NCBI GenBank assembly: GCA_900767835.1
Contig: CAAGAO010000016.1
Coordinates: 7,339 to 71,338 of the forward strand
Direction: 5' to 3'
DNA from: Clostridia bacterium
GTDB lineage: Bacteria > Bacillota > Clostridia > Christensenellales > UBA1242
Length of the DNA: 64,000 nucleotides
Numbering within the stretch: the first letter of the stretch is position 1; each line of letters starts with the position of its first letter. Positions 29,183 to 39,919 of the stretch are shown in pieces. The notes below the pieces were generated by a model. That model did no database searches. It saw only the letters and a program-made list of their open reading frames with translations, and was not told the origin of the DNA. Both the position numbers and the translations under genes were made by a program.

Positions 29183-30499
29183 ATGACTTTAGAAGAATTA
29201 AAAAAGAAAAAAGTTTCAGCAATAAGTTTAGGTTGCGATAAAAATAGAGTAGACCTAGAAAAAATGCTCTACAATTTAAAAAATTTCGGTTTCACAATAA
29301 CCGAAAATATCGCAGATTGTGATATTTTAATTGTCAATACTTGTGCTTTTATATCTCCAGCGATTAAAGAATCTATTGATAATATATTTTTAGCATTATC
29401 TCAAAAAGAAAATAAATGCGAAAAAGTGATTGTAACTGGTTGCTTAAACAATCGTTTTCCAGACGAAGTAAAAAATTTATTCAAAGATGTCGATTGCATT
29501 TTAAATATTAAAGATAACGACCAAATTGTAAACAAGGTGCTAGAACTATATGATGTAGAAGCAAAATACACATACAAAAACGGACGTCTTTTAACTAATA
29601 TGCCACATTATGCTTATTTAAAAATAGCAGATGGTTGTGATAATGGTTGCGCTTACTGCACAATTCCTAGAATTAGAGGACGATACAAATCTGAACCTAT
29701 GGATATGCTGATTAAAGAAGCAAAAGATTTGGCTGAACAAGGTGTAAAAGAAATCATACTTGTCGCACAAGATATTACTCGTTATGGTATAGATTTATAC
29801 AATAAATATTGTTTAATAGACTTAATAAAAGAGCTATCAAAAATTAAAAAAATTCAATGGATACGATTGCATTATTGTTATCCTGAAATGGTTGATAATG
29901 CACTACTACAAGAGATTAAAAATAATCCTAAAGTATGTAAATATTTAGATATTCCACTCCAACATATTGACGATAATATTTTAAAAGAAATGAATAGGCG
30001 TTCCACCGAAGAACAAGTCCGAAATTTGATAGATAATATAAAAACCAACTATCCTGAAATTACTATAAGAAGTACATTTATAATTGGCTTTCCAGGTGAA
30101 ACCAAAAAGCAGTTTAAAAAACTTATTGAATTTTTAGAGAGTGCAAAACTAAACAATGTTGGTTTCTTCCCGTATTATAAAGAAGAAAAAACTAAAGCAT
30201 ATTATATGAAAAAACAAATTCCAAACTTTATTAAAAAACATAGATTAAAAATAGCGGAAAAAACTCAAGAAAAAGTGATGAATGTTAACAATATTAATTT
30301 AATTGGTCAAGAAACTGATGTTATTATTGATTACTATGATGATGAAGTTAATGCGTTTGTTGGAAGAACAAACCAAAATTCACCAAATGTTGATTTTTAT
30401 ATTTTCTTTGATTATTTAGATAAAATTAAAGTTGGCGATATATATAAAGCAAAAATTACAGATTATGCAAACGGAACATTTAAAGGAGAAATTTTATAA
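29183..30499 (+). CDS. rimO: Ribosomal protein S12 methylthiotransferase RimO
   Basis: LGCDKNRVDLE N-terminus, radical-SAM CDNGCAYC, C-terminal TRAM domain present. Confidence 0.9.
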   Translation: MTLEELKKKKVSAISLGCDKNRVDLEKMLYNLKNFGFTITENIADCDILIVNTCAFISPAIKESIDNIFLALSQKENKCEKVIVTGCLNNRFPDEVKNLFKDVDCILNIKDNDQIVNKVLELYDVEAKYTYKNGRLLTNMPHYAYLKIADGCDNGCAYCTIPRIRGRYKSEPMDMLIKEAKDLAEQGVKEIILVAQDITRYGIDLYNKYCLIDLIKELSKIKKIQWIRLHYCYPEMVDNALLQEIKNNPKVCKYLDIPLQHIDDNILKEMNRRSTEEQVRNLIDNIKTNYPEITIRSTFIIGFPGETKKQFKKLIEFLESAKLNNVGFFPYYKEEKTKAYYMKKQIPNFIKKHRLKIAEKTQEKVMNVNNINLIGQETDVIIDYYDDEVNAFVGRTNQNSPNVDFYIFFDYLDKIKVGDIYKAKITDYANGTFKGEIL

Positions 30500-31077
30500 T
30501 GAATATACCAAATAAACTATCAATGTTAAGAATAATTCTTATACCTTTTATGCTATTTTTCTATTTGGCTAATTTTGTCCCATACGGAAAGATAATTGCT
30601 ATTGCAATATTTATTGTTGCAGCTTTTACTGATATGCTAGATGGTCACATAGCAAGGAAATATAATTTAGTTACCAATTTAGGAAAACTTTTAGACCCTA
30701 TTGCCGATAAGTTATTGGTTGTGTCAGCACTACTACTTGTTGTGGTTGACTATACTATACCACGCCCATATGGTGTAATTGTAGCAATAATTATTATAGG
30801 TAGAGAATTACTTATATCCGCATTTAGACAAATAGCAGCATCAAAAAATTTTGTTATGGCTGCAGATAAGTTGGGAAAAATTAAGACTATTACGCAAGAT
30901 ATCGCATTACCACTATTGTTCTTAATATCATTTTTAACAAATAATGTATCAATAAATTCAAATGTGTTATTTGTGATACAAATAATAGGCTATATACTAA
31001 TAGGTATTGCAACTTTGCTCACAATTATTTCAGGAGCCAACTATTTGATAAAGAATAAGGAAGTTTTAAAAGATTAA
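30499..31077 (+). CDS. pgsA: CDP-diacylglycerol--glycerol-3-phosphate 3-phosphatidyltransferase
   Basis: DMLDGHIARKYNLVTNLGKLLDPIADK CDP-alcohol phosphatidyltransferase motif. Confidence 0.92.
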   Translation: MNIPNKLSMLRIILIPFMLFFYLANFVPYGKIIAIAIFIVAAFTDMLDGHIARKYNLVTNLGKLLDPIADKLLVVSALLLVVVDYTIPRPYGVIVAIIIIGRELLISAFRQIAASKNFVMAADKLGKIKTITQDIALPLLFLISFLTNNVSINSNVLFVIQIIGYILIGIATLLTIISGANYLIKNKEVLKD

Positions 31078-31078
31078 A

Positions 31079-32266
31079 ATGGTTCATATTTATACATTTT
31101 GTGATAAGACCTTAGTGGGTAAAACAGAAAATAAATCTGCTAATTTGTTATGTGAAAATTTATATAAAATGAATTTTATAATAGATGAAGTATGTACATA
31201 TCCTTCGTCTTTTAACTATGAAAATTTAACCTTAAAAAATAATCATATTTATTTTCTTTTAATGCAAAAAACAAATGTAAAACTAAACACTTTTTTATCA
31301 AAATTATCATCTTGTGAGTTAACAATTAACGAAACTTTAAAAAAAGTAGTAAATGAAACATATTCAAAGAAGAACTTACCATTAGAAAAAGAAACTGAAA
31401 ATGAGTGGCTTATTCCATCTTGTGCAATTCCAATAACAAATCCTAACGGGAATACACAAGGCTATTTATTAAAAATAGCAGAGACAACAATATTTGTTTT
31501 ACCAAATAATTATACTGAGTTTTATTCAATCTATAATGATTGCTTATTAAAATATTTAGAAGATAATTATCCTGTTGAATATTCTAGTGAAACATTTAAA
31601 ACTTTTGGATTAAGTGAAGACTTATTATTTAAAGTTTTAAAAGAACAAATTAAAAATAAAGACAAAGTGTCAATATCTATATTTTCAAAAGGTCTTGATA
31701 ATGATATAGTCATAAAGGCTAAAAAAAACAATGTAAAATTTAATGATTATCGTCAAGCGGTTTTTGACAAACTTGAAAAATACATTTATGCCGTTCAACC
31801 AATATCTATGGACGAGTACTTAGAGTCGTTGATGCAAAATAAAAACGCAAAAATTTTATTTGTTGGCGATTCATCAATAGTTAATGTTGTAAATGGCATA
31901 GATGCAAATACTATAATAAATAATGTTTGTTCTTTGACAGTATTGCCAAATGTTAAATCTAAGATAAATTTTGGCTTAGATTATAATCAAATAAAAGAAT
32001 CAGGAGAAGCGAGTGCAGAAACAGCATATTCTTTAGCTGTTAAATCTTTGGAACATTGCAAAGAATGTGATTTAGTAGTGTCTAGTTTGGTAAGTTTTGT
32101 AAACAATTGTGGGGTGGCATATATTGCTATTGGAAACAAGTTAAAAATAGATGTATATAAAAATCGTTTCTATGGAAATAATCAGCAAATTTTAGATAAT
32201 ATTGGTAGTACGGTTAAGTTTTATTTAATTAAAAAATTAAAAGCAGGCGATTATAAAGTATTGTAA
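31079..32266 (+). CDS. cinA: Highly diverged CinA-like protein (catalytic motifs degenerate)
   Basis: Sits in the pgsA-cinA-recA position. Segments IFVLPNNYTEFYSIY and FKTFGLSEDLL parallel CinA YMLLPGPPSELRPMF and LRFFGIGESQL. Confidence 0.5.
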   Translation: MVHIYTFCDKTLVGKTENKSANLLCENLYKMNFIIDEVCTYPSSFNYENLTLKNNHIYFLLMQKTNVKLNTFLSKLSSCELTINETLKKVVNETYSKKNLPLEKETENEWLIPSCAIPITNPNGNTQGYLLKIAETTIFVLPNNYTEFYSIYNDCLLKYLEDNYPVEYSSETFKTFGLSEDLLFKVLKEQIKNKDKVSISIFSKGLDNDIVIKAKKNNVKFNDYRQAVFDKLEKYIYAVQPISMDEYLESLMQNKNAKILFVGDSSIVNVVNGIDANTIINNVCSLTVLPNVKSKINFGLDYNQIKESGEASAETAYSLAVKSLEHCKECDLVVSSLVSFVNNCGVAYIAIGNKLKIDVYKNRFYGNNQQILDNIGSTVKFYLIKKLKAGDYKVL

Positions 32267-32386
32267 ATATCTACTTAACTTTGCTATGATATTATATAAA
32301 TAAACATAAACAAAATTTAGTTATATAATAGTCTTAATTCGTAAAATGAAAAATATAAAAATTTTTCAATTTTTGTTATAAAAATA

Positions 32387-32398
32387 GCACAAATGTTT
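32387..32398. promoter_or_regulatory. Possible LexA (SOS) box upstream of recA
   Basis: GCACAAATGTTT versus GAAC-N4-GTT(C/T): 2 mismatches. Lies just upstream of a TATAAT-like element. Confidence 0.3.
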
Positions 32399-32449
32399 GC
32401 TTTATTAGGATAAAGTATGATATAATTATAAACATAAATAGGAGATACT

Positions 32450-33469
32450 ATGGAAGATAAAAAGAAAATTTTAGAACAGGCAATTTTAAATATTGAAAAG
32501 CAATTTGGTAAAGGATCTATTATGAGGTTAGGTGATGCACCAGACCAAAAAATTGAAGTAATACCAACTGGTTGTTTACCACTCGATTTAGCCTTAGGTT
32601 GCGGTGGTATGCCAAGAGGAAGGATTATTGAAATTTACGGACCTGAATCTTCTGGTAAAACTACACTTGCCTTACACGTAATTGCCGAAGCACAAAAACT
32701 AGGTGGCACAGCCGCATTTATTGATGCTGAGCACGCACTAGACCCAGTATATGCCGGCAAATTAGGTGTTAACACTAACGATTTATATGTTTCACAACCA
32801 GATAATGGTGAACAAGCATTGGACATATGTGATTCTTTAGTTAGAACTGGTGCGGTTGATGTTGTTGTTGTAGATTCAGTCGCTGCCTTAACGCCAAAAG
32901 CAGAAATTGACGGGGATATGGGTGACCAACATATGGGGCTTCAAGCAAGGCTTATGAGTCAAGCAATGCGTAAAATTGCTGGTATTGCAAATAAAAGCAA
33001 AACTTGTATAATTTTCATTAACCAACTACGTGAAAAAATCGGTGTAATGTTTGGTAATCCAGAAACCACAGCTGGAGGGAAAGCCTTAAAGTTTTATGCT
33101 AGCATAAGAATAGATATACGTAGAGTTGATGCAATCAAAGATGGTGCCAATATTATAGGAAATAAAACACGCGCGAAAATTGTAAAAAACAAACTTGCAC
33201 CTCCATTCAAAACAGTTGAATTTGATATTATGTATGGTGAAGGTATATCAAAAGTTGGTTCAACACTTGATATGGCTATTGAACTTAATATTATTCAAAA
33301 AACTGGTTCTTGGTTCTCATACAATGATGAAAAAATTGCTCAAGGTAAAGAAAATTGTAAACAATACTTAAAAGACCATAAAGACATATATGATGAAATT
33401 GAAAACAAAGTTCGTGAAAGAATTGAAAATGGTGACAAACTTCCAGAAGAACCAATGATTGACGACTAA
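32450..33469 (+). CDS. recA: Recombinase RecA
   Basis: [12 protein letters not shown] Walker [33 protein letters not shown]. Confidence 0.98.
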   Translation: MEDKKKILEQAILNIEKQFGKGSIMRLGDAPDQKIEVIPTGCLPLDLALGCGGMPRGRIIEIYGPESSGKTTLALHVIAEAQKLGGTAAFIDAEHALDPVYAGKLGVNTNDLYVSQPDNGEQALDICDSLVRTGAVDVVVVDSVAALTPKAEIDGDMGDQHMGLQARLMSQAMRKIAGIANKSKTCIIFINQLREKIGVMFGNPETTAGGKALKFYASIRIDIRRVDAIKDGANIIGNKTRAKIVKNKLAPPFKTVEFDIMYGEGISKVGSTLDMAIELNIIQKTGSWFSYNDEKIAQGKENCKQYLKDHKDIYDEIENKVRERIENGDKLPEEPMIDD

Positions 33470-33562
33470 AATGTTTAAATATTTTCAATATAATGTTTAT
33501 CCATATTATTGTAAAACTATATATAATAGTATGCATTAGTACCTAAATTTCATAATTTTTAT

Positions 33563-33597
33563 AAATTGGTTCAGCATTTACTGAACCAATTTTTTTG
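33563..33597. terminator. Terminator between convergent recA and the PBP gene
   Basis: aaattggttcag / ctgaaccaattt, 12-bp stem, then TTTTTTT. Confidence 0.75.
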
Positions 33598-33676
33598 CAT
33601 AAAGAACAAAACTGAAATAAACTTATAAAATTTATTTTCAATAATTTATATTTTTAATTTTAAAAATATTCAAATA

Positions 33677-35890
33677 CTATGTTTTAAAATAAAGTTCAAT
33701 TTGGTTACTTTCTCCCATATTTATTACACGCTGATTTTTATGGTTTATTAAATATGATTTAATATAGTATTTACAGAGCACATTTGGTGGTTGACTTATA
33801 TTAAATGTTGTGCGTCCATTTTTTTCCGTTATTTCATCTATAATTTCTTCCTTACCATTTATACTTCTATAAAGTACATATTTATAATATATTTCAGCGT
33901 TAAATGCAACAATGGCAACACCATTAATAATTTTTCCATTTATTACCATCGGTTTCATAGTTAAATTATGTGATATGTTGGTCTTAGGTATGTTAAATCG
34001 TGAGAAGTATGCTTTTTCTTTATATCTTTCTGGCAATAAATTATTGGCAATATATATAATATGTTCATTATCTCTAGCAATAGTATCAATATCAAGCGCT
34101 ACAATTGATGACGGAATTGTGAATCTGTCTGGTTTTGTTTCTCTATATATGTATTTCATATAATTTTTTACAAATTCGGTTGGTTTTCCACCACCTACAA
34201 TATTTATTGGTGTATTGTCAATATTTCCAATCCAGCAACCAACAACATCTTGTGAAGTATAACTTATGTTGTATGCATCAATATTCTTTTTTGATATAGA
34301 TGAAGTTCCAGTTTTAGATGCAACTTCAAAATTCAAATCGTTCATTCTTTTTGCAGTGCCTTTTTTTGCACAAGTGCGAAGCATATCAGTAACTAAATAC
34401 GAACTATCTTCTCTGTATATATTTTTTATAACACAATTATTCTTATAAATAACTTTTCCTTTATTGTCTAAGATATAATTAATAAAAGAAGATTTAATAT
34501 AATTACCTTTATTAGCAAGTGTTTGATAGCAGTTTGTTAACTCTTTTAATGTTAATCCATATGTCATACCTCCAAGTGCCAAGGCAAAATTATCATCTTT
34601 ATCATCAAATACTACATTTTGTCTTTCCAAATATCGTTTTGCTTTATCTACACCAATGTAACTTAATACTTTCACAGCGGGTATATTATAGGAATTAGAA
34701 AGGGCCTCTCTAGCACTAACATATCCGTGTTCTTTTCCACCAATATTTTGTGGTTTATAACCATTAATACTGATATTTTCATCTAAAATTACAGTACTTG
34801 GAGATATAATATTTTCATTAATTGCGGGTGCATAAACTAAAATAGGTTTAATAGCCGATGCAGGTTGTCGCTTAATAGTAATTAATTGCAAAGTACTTTT
34901 TTCTGCATATGCTTCAATTACTCCCGTATTAACATTTTGAGAAATCATTGAACAATTATAATCTTCGTTATTATATATACAATTTTCTAAAGCATCTTGT
35001 TTTGTTTTATCCATATATGTAAAAATCCTATAGCCACCTAAAGCCAAATATTTTTCAGGTAAATGTAATATTTCTTGTGCTTCTTTTATTGTCGCCTTAG
35101 CATAAGAATTCATAACATTATTATTACTATTTATAATAATTTTTGTCTGTTTGCTCCTTGATTCATTATAATCATTTTCAGTAATTTTTTTATCTTTTAG
35201 CATTTCTTTTAAAACAATATTCCTACGCTTAATAGAATTTTTGTAATTATTTATTGGGTGATATTTGTTTGGTGATTTAATTATACCAGCAAGTAAAGCA
35301 CTTTCATCAAGAGTTAATTTGCTAACTGGTTTAGAAAAATAATGTTCACTAGCATTTTGAATACCATAACAGTTATCACCAAAATATATAGCATTTAAGT
35401 AATATTCAAGTATCTCATCTTTTGAAAAGTTTTTTTCAAGTTCAATAGTAAGTTTAATCTCATTAATTTTTCGTTTAATAGATTTTTTACTAGAAAGGTG
35501 AGTGTTTTTTATTAATTGTTGAGATATAGTTGATGCTCCTTCTTTAAAACTAAAAGATATAAGGTTTTTTGCGGTGGCAGAAACAATACGTTTATAATTA
35601 ATTCCTTTATGTTTATAAAACATTTTGTCTTCAATACTAATAAAACATTGCTGAGTATTTAAAGGTATTTGATTTAGTGTTACATAATCTCCGTTTATAA
35701 AAGTATGTTCTAGTGGTCTTTGCTTGTTATCAAAAATATTAATGCTTAAGTTTGAGTTTGTGATTTTGCTCTTATCAAACTTAACGGGAGATAATATAAA
35801 AGAAATACCAAAATAAAATAAAAATACAGCAATAATCAAAAAACTGCATAACAAACCTAATTTAAAAAAATTCTTCCAAAACTTTTTCAT
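33677..35890 (-). CDS. Class A penicillin-binding protein (glycosyltransferase + transpeptidase)
   Basis: EDKMFYKHKG, GASTISQQL, SAIKP (SxxK), SYN (SxN), KTGT. Confidence 0.92.
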   Translation of the reverse strand: MKKFWKNFFKLGLLCSFLIIAVFLFYFGISFILSPVKFDKSKITNSNLSINIFDNKQRPLEHTFINGDYVTLNQIPLNTQQCFISIEDKMFYKHKGINYKRIVSATAKNLISFSFKEGASTISQQLIKNTHLSSKKSIKRKINEIKLTIELEKNFSKDEILEYYLNAIYFGDNCYGIQNASEHYFSKPVSKLTLDESALLAGIIKSPNKYHPINNYKNSIKRRNIVLKEMLKDKKITENDYNESRSKQTKIIINSNNNVMNSYAKATIKEAQEILHLPEKYLALGGYRIFTYMDKTKQDALENCIYNNEDYNCSMISQNVNTGVIEAYAEKSTLQLITIKRQPASAIKPILVYAPAINENIISPSTVILDENISINGYKPQNIGGKEHGYVSAREALSNSYNIPAVKVLSYIGVDKAKRYLERQNVVFDDKDDNFALALGGMTYGLTLKELTNCYQTLANKGNYIKSSFINYILDNKGKVIYKNNCVIKNIYREDSSYLVTDMLRTCAKKGTAKRMNDLNFEVASKTGTSSISKKNIDAYNISYTSQDVVGCWIGNIDNTPINIVGGGKPTEFVKNYMKYIYRETKPDRFTIPSSIVALDIDTIARDNEHIIYIANNLLPERYKEKAYFSRFNIPKTNISHNLTMKPMVINGKIINGVAIVAFNAEIYYKYVLYRSINGKEEIIDEITEKNGRTTFNISQPPNVLCKYYIKSYLINHKNQRVINMGESNQIELYFKT

Positions 35891-36155
35891 TAGTTTTATT
35901 ATTTGTATTGTTATAAAAAATATACAGTATCATTATTTAAGTACACAAAAACAAAACGGATAAAAACATAAAATCAGGATTTTATAATGGCAATTTTAGT
36001 TAAATTATTTCTATTTACATTAATATTTTATGTTATATTTAAACGCTCATAGGTTACAGATAAACTAATAATTGTTTTTACTATTATTTTAATAATATTC
36101 AAAAAAACATAGCAATTTTATTTTTTTTGTTGTATAATTCATATTGGAGATTTTT

Positions 36156-37307
36156 ATGTTTTATACTATAGTTACTTTTGGATGTCAAATGAACGTCCAT
36201 GAATCAGAAAAAATAGCTGGAATGTTAGAAAATATGGGATATAACCCAACAGAAGATAAAGAAAAAGCAGATATAATTGTTTTTAATACTTGTGCAATAA
36301 GAGAAGGTGCTGAAGATAGGGCTTTAGGAAACATTGGCAATTTAAAAAAAATGAAAAAAGCAAATCCAAATAAAATAATAGCGGTTGCTGGTTGTATGAC
36401 TCAACAAAAACAAGTTGCTGAAAAGTTATTCAAAATATTTCCTTTTATTGATATAATTGTTGGAACTCACAATTTGTATGAATTGCCAAATTTAATTAAT
36501 AAAAAGATTAATGAACATAAGAGAACATTAGAAAACATAGAGCAAACTTCAATTAACGAAAATGTCCCAGTTACTCGTACAAGCGGTGAAAATGCTTGGG
36601 TTAATATTATGTATGGTTGCAATAATTTTTGCTCATATTGTATAGTACCATATGTTAGAGGTAGGGAAGTGAGTCGTAATAAAACAGACATTCTAAATGA
36701 GTGTAAGCAAATACTTTCTTGCGGTAAATACAAACAAATCACACTGCTTGGACAAAATGTAAATTCTTATTGTAATCATGTAGATAATTCAAATTTTGCT
36801 GACCTATTAAAATCTATTTGTGAGTTAGATGGTGATTTTAAACTAACATTTATGACAAGTCACCCCAAAGATATATCTGATGAAGTTATAGACATTCTTG
36901 CAAATGAACCAAAAATTTTAAAAGAACTACATCTGCCTGTACAAAGTGGCAGTACTAAAATTTTAAAAGCTATGAATAGAAAATACACTAGAGAGCATTA
37001 TATTTCGATAGTGGATAAACTAAAGTCAAAAATTCCAAATATAAGATTAACAACAGATATTATTGTCGGTTTCCCAGGTGAAACTGAAGAAGATTTTGAG
37101 GATACATGTTCTTTGGTAAAATATGTTAAATATGACGGTATATTTGCCTTTATGTATTCAAAAAGAAGCGGTACAATAGCTGAGAAAATGCCAGACCAAA
37201 TACCTGACGAAGTTAAAAATTTTAGAGTAAATAAAATTCTACAACTAGAGAAAGAAATACAAAAAGAAAAAGGAATAAAAGATGACAACAAAAATACAAA
37301 GAAATGA
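36156..37307 (+). CDS. miaB: tRNA-2-methylthio-N6-dimethylallyladenosine synthase MiaB, lacking the TRAM domain
   Basis: TFGCQMN, NTCAIRE, radical-SAM CNNFCSYC. GGAG upstream of ATG 36156. Ends right after the radical-SAM domain. Confidence 0.85.
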   Translation: MFYTIVTFGCQMNVHESEKIAGMLENMGYNPTEDKEKADIIVFNTCAIREGAEDRALGNIGNLKKMKKANPNKIIAVAGCMTQQKQVAEKLFKIFPFIDIIVGTHNLYELPNLINKKINEHKRTLENIEQTSINENVPVTRTSGENAWVNIMYGCNNFCSYCIVPYVRGREVSRNKTDILNECKQILSCGKYKQITLLGQNVNSYCNHVDNSNFADLLKSICELDGDFKLTFMTSHPKDISDEVIDILANEPKILKELHLPVQSGSTKILKAMNRKYTREHYISIVDKLKSKIPNIRLTTDIIVGFPGETEEDFEDTCSLVKYVKYDGIFAFMYSKRSGTIAEKMPDQIPDEVKNFRVNKILQLEKEIQKEKGIKDDNKNTKK

Positions 37308-39903
37308 AAATGAACCAACTGAAATGATGAGACGCTATTTGGCGACCAAAGAAAAATATAAAGATAGCGTATTGTTTTATCGACTTGGTGATTTTTATGA
37401 AATGTTTTTTGACGATGCGATTGAAATGTCAAGGGTGTTAGATTTGACCCTAACGGGCAAAGATTGCGGACTAAAAGAAAGAGCACCTATGTGTGGCATA
37501 CCTTATCACGCGGCGGAAAATTATATAAGTAAACTTATAAGTCTTGGCTATAAAGTTGCTATTTGTGAACAACTAACAGAAGCACAAAAAGGTAAAAAAG
37601 ATCTTGTAGAAAGAGATGTAGTTAGAGTGATTACTCCAGGAACTGTTATAGACGAAGGTGTTATAGACGAAAAATATAATAACTATATTGTATCTATTTA
37701 CCAGCGAAATTATCGCATAGGTGTTTCATTATGCGAATTGACAACTGGAGAGTTCGTAATTGCTGATTATGATGGCGAAGATTCGTTTAACAGTCTTAAT
37801 GATTTTTTAATAAGATATATGCCAGCTGAGATAATATCAAATTGTAATTATGATATGGATAAATTACTTGCTTGTGTAAAATTAAATGTAATGCCAAAAT
37901 TTAATGCCTATAATGAAGATAAATACACTAAAAAATCTGTTGAAGATTATTTATGTAAATATTTCGGGATAAACTATGCAAGTGACTATGATGTGAAAAA
38001 TATGGAGTTTGGACAAATTGCTGGCGGTGCATTACTCGCGTATTTGGAAGAAACACAGAAAAGGTCTTTAGTGCATATTAATAAGATTTCAAGACAAAAA
38101 TCAAATGATTATATGCAAATTGATTTAAATACGAGAAGAAACCTAGAAATTCTAGAAACATTAAAAGATAGGCGTAAAAAAGGAGCATTAATCTCTGTTA
38201 TAGATAAAACTAAAACAACAATGGGTTCAAGATTAATGAAAAATTGGATTCAAGAACCTCTATATAATGAAAAAGAAATAAATTCAAGACTAAATGCAGT
38301 AGAAGAGTTAGTTAAAAAACTAATAGCAAGAGACGAATTAAAAGATATACTAAATAAAGTTACTGACATTGAAAGAATTTCAGGCAGAATAGCATATGGT
38401 AATTTTACCCCAAGAGATGCGGTTTCATTGTGTGGTTCATTATCTTTATTGCCAAATCTATCTTCAGTCTTAGGACAATATGAAAATTCAAAATTGAATA
38501 ATTTTTATAATACTTTACCAAATTTCAATAGTGTTGTTAATTTATTGAAAAATGCTTTTGTTGAGCAACCTCCAGCGTTAATTAGTGCAGGTGGATTTAT
38601 TAAAGATGGCTTTAATAAAGAACTTGATGACTACAGAAATGCAAAAACTAATGCTGAAAAGTGGATTTCAGAGTTAGAAACAAAAGAGAAAGAAGAAACA
38701 GGTTTACCATTGAAAATTGGGTTTAATCGAGTGTATGGATATTATATAGAAATCAACAAAAATTTTGCACAAGAAGTGCCAATGCGTTATACGAGAAAAC
38801 AAACAGTCGCGAACAATGACCGCTATATTACAGAGGAATTACGAGATTTACAAGAAAAAATTGAACATTCAGACGAAAACGCAATTAAACTTGAACAATC
38901 TATATTTAAAGCAATAAGAGAAGAATTATTAAATAATTGTGACAAAATTCAAATAGCAGGAAAAATTATTGCCGAACTTGATTGTTTATTGTCTTTCGCT
39001 GAAGTAGCAGTAAAAAACAATTATGTAAAACCAAAAGTATCATCAAAATTTAATCATATCTTAATAGAAGAAGGTAGGCACCCTGTTGTCGAAAGTTTAA
39101 ATAAAAGCAATTCTTTTATACCGAATGATACCTTACTAGATGATAAAGAAAATAAAATAATGATAATAACAGGTCCAAATATGGCAGGAAAAAGCACATA
39201 TATGAGGCAAGTTGCTGTGATTACATTACTAGCCCATATTGGTTGTTTTGTGCCAGCAAAAAAGGCTGAAATATCTTTAACTGATAGAATATTTACAAGA
39301 GTTGGTGCAAGTGACGACTTAACTATAGGTCAATCTACATTTATGGTAGAAATGATGGAAGTAGCAAATATTCTAGACAATGCAACAAATAAGAGTTTAG
39401 TTATTTTAGATGAAATAGGCAGAGGAACTTCAACATATGACGGATTATCAATCGCTTGGTCTGTTGTTGAGGAAATTGCTAACAATATGCATTGCAAAAC
39501 AATGTTTGCTACACATTACCATGAATTAACAGAACTTGAAAACTTTATGAATGGCATTAAGAATTACCGAATTGCTATTAAAGAAATAAATGGTCAATTA
39601 GTATTTTTACGTAAAATTCAAAGAGGTGGTGCAAATAGAAGTTATGGTATAGAAGTTGCCGAATTAGCAGGTGTAAAAAAATCAGTCATTGATAGAGCAA
39701 AAATAATATCAAACGAACTTGAGAAAAATGATTTGTCTTGTCATATTGTAAAAACTGTTTCAAATGAACCATTAATTGCCGAGAAGAAAGAAAAGTCATA
39801 CACAAATGTTATTGCTATACTTAAAGATTTAGATATAAATAAAGTTACGCCTCTTGGGGCATTTGAAACTTTATGCGATTTAGTTCAAAAAGTAAAAGAA
39901 TAA
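37282..39903 (+). CDS. mutS: DNA mismatch repair protein MutS
   Basis: PMMRRYL..K, FYRLGDFYEMF, GPNMAGKST, LDEIGRGTST. Confidence 0.97.
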   Translation: MTTKIQRNENEPTEMMRRYLATKEKYKDSVLFYRLGDFYEMFFDDAIEMSRVLDLTLTGKDCGLKERAPMCGIPYHAAENYISKLISLGYKVAICEQLTEAQKGKKDLVERDVVRVITPGTVIDEGVIDEKYNNYIVSIYQRNYRIGVSLCELTTGEFVIADYDGEDSFNSLNDFLIRYMPAEIISNCNYDMDKLLACVKLNVMPKFNAYNEDKYTKKSVEDYLCKYFGINYASDYDVKNMEFGQIAGGALLAYLEETQKRSLVHINKISRQKSNDYMQIDLNTRRNLEILETLKDRRKKGALISVIDKTKTTMGSRLMKNWIQEPLYNEKEINSRLNAVEELVKKLIARDELKDILNKVTDIERISGRIAYGNFTPRDAVSLCGSLSLLPNLSSVLGQYENSKLNNFYNTLPNFNSVVNLLKNAFVEQPPALISAGGFIKDGFNKELDDYRNAKTNAEKWISELETKEKEETGLPLKIGFNRVYGYYIEINKNFAQEVPMRYTRKQTVANNDRYITEELRDLQEKIEHSDENAIKLEQSIFKAIREELLNNCDKIQIAGKIIAELDCLLSFAEVAVKNNYVKPKVSSKFNHILIEEGRHPVVESLNKSNSFIPNDTLLDDKENKIMIITGPNMAGKSTYMRQVAVITLLAHIGCFVPAKKAEISLTDRIFTRVGASDDLTIGQSTFMVEMMEVANILDNATNKSLVILDEIGRGTSTYDGLSIAWSVVEEIANNMHCKTMFATHYHELTELENFMNGIKNYRIAIKEINGQLVFLRKIQRGGANRSYGIEVAELAGVKKSVIDRAKIISNELEKNDLSCHIVKTVSNEPLIAEKKEKSYTNVIAILKDLDINKVTPLGAFETLCDLVQKVKE

Positions 39904-39919
39904 ATATTAGGAGGAAAAT

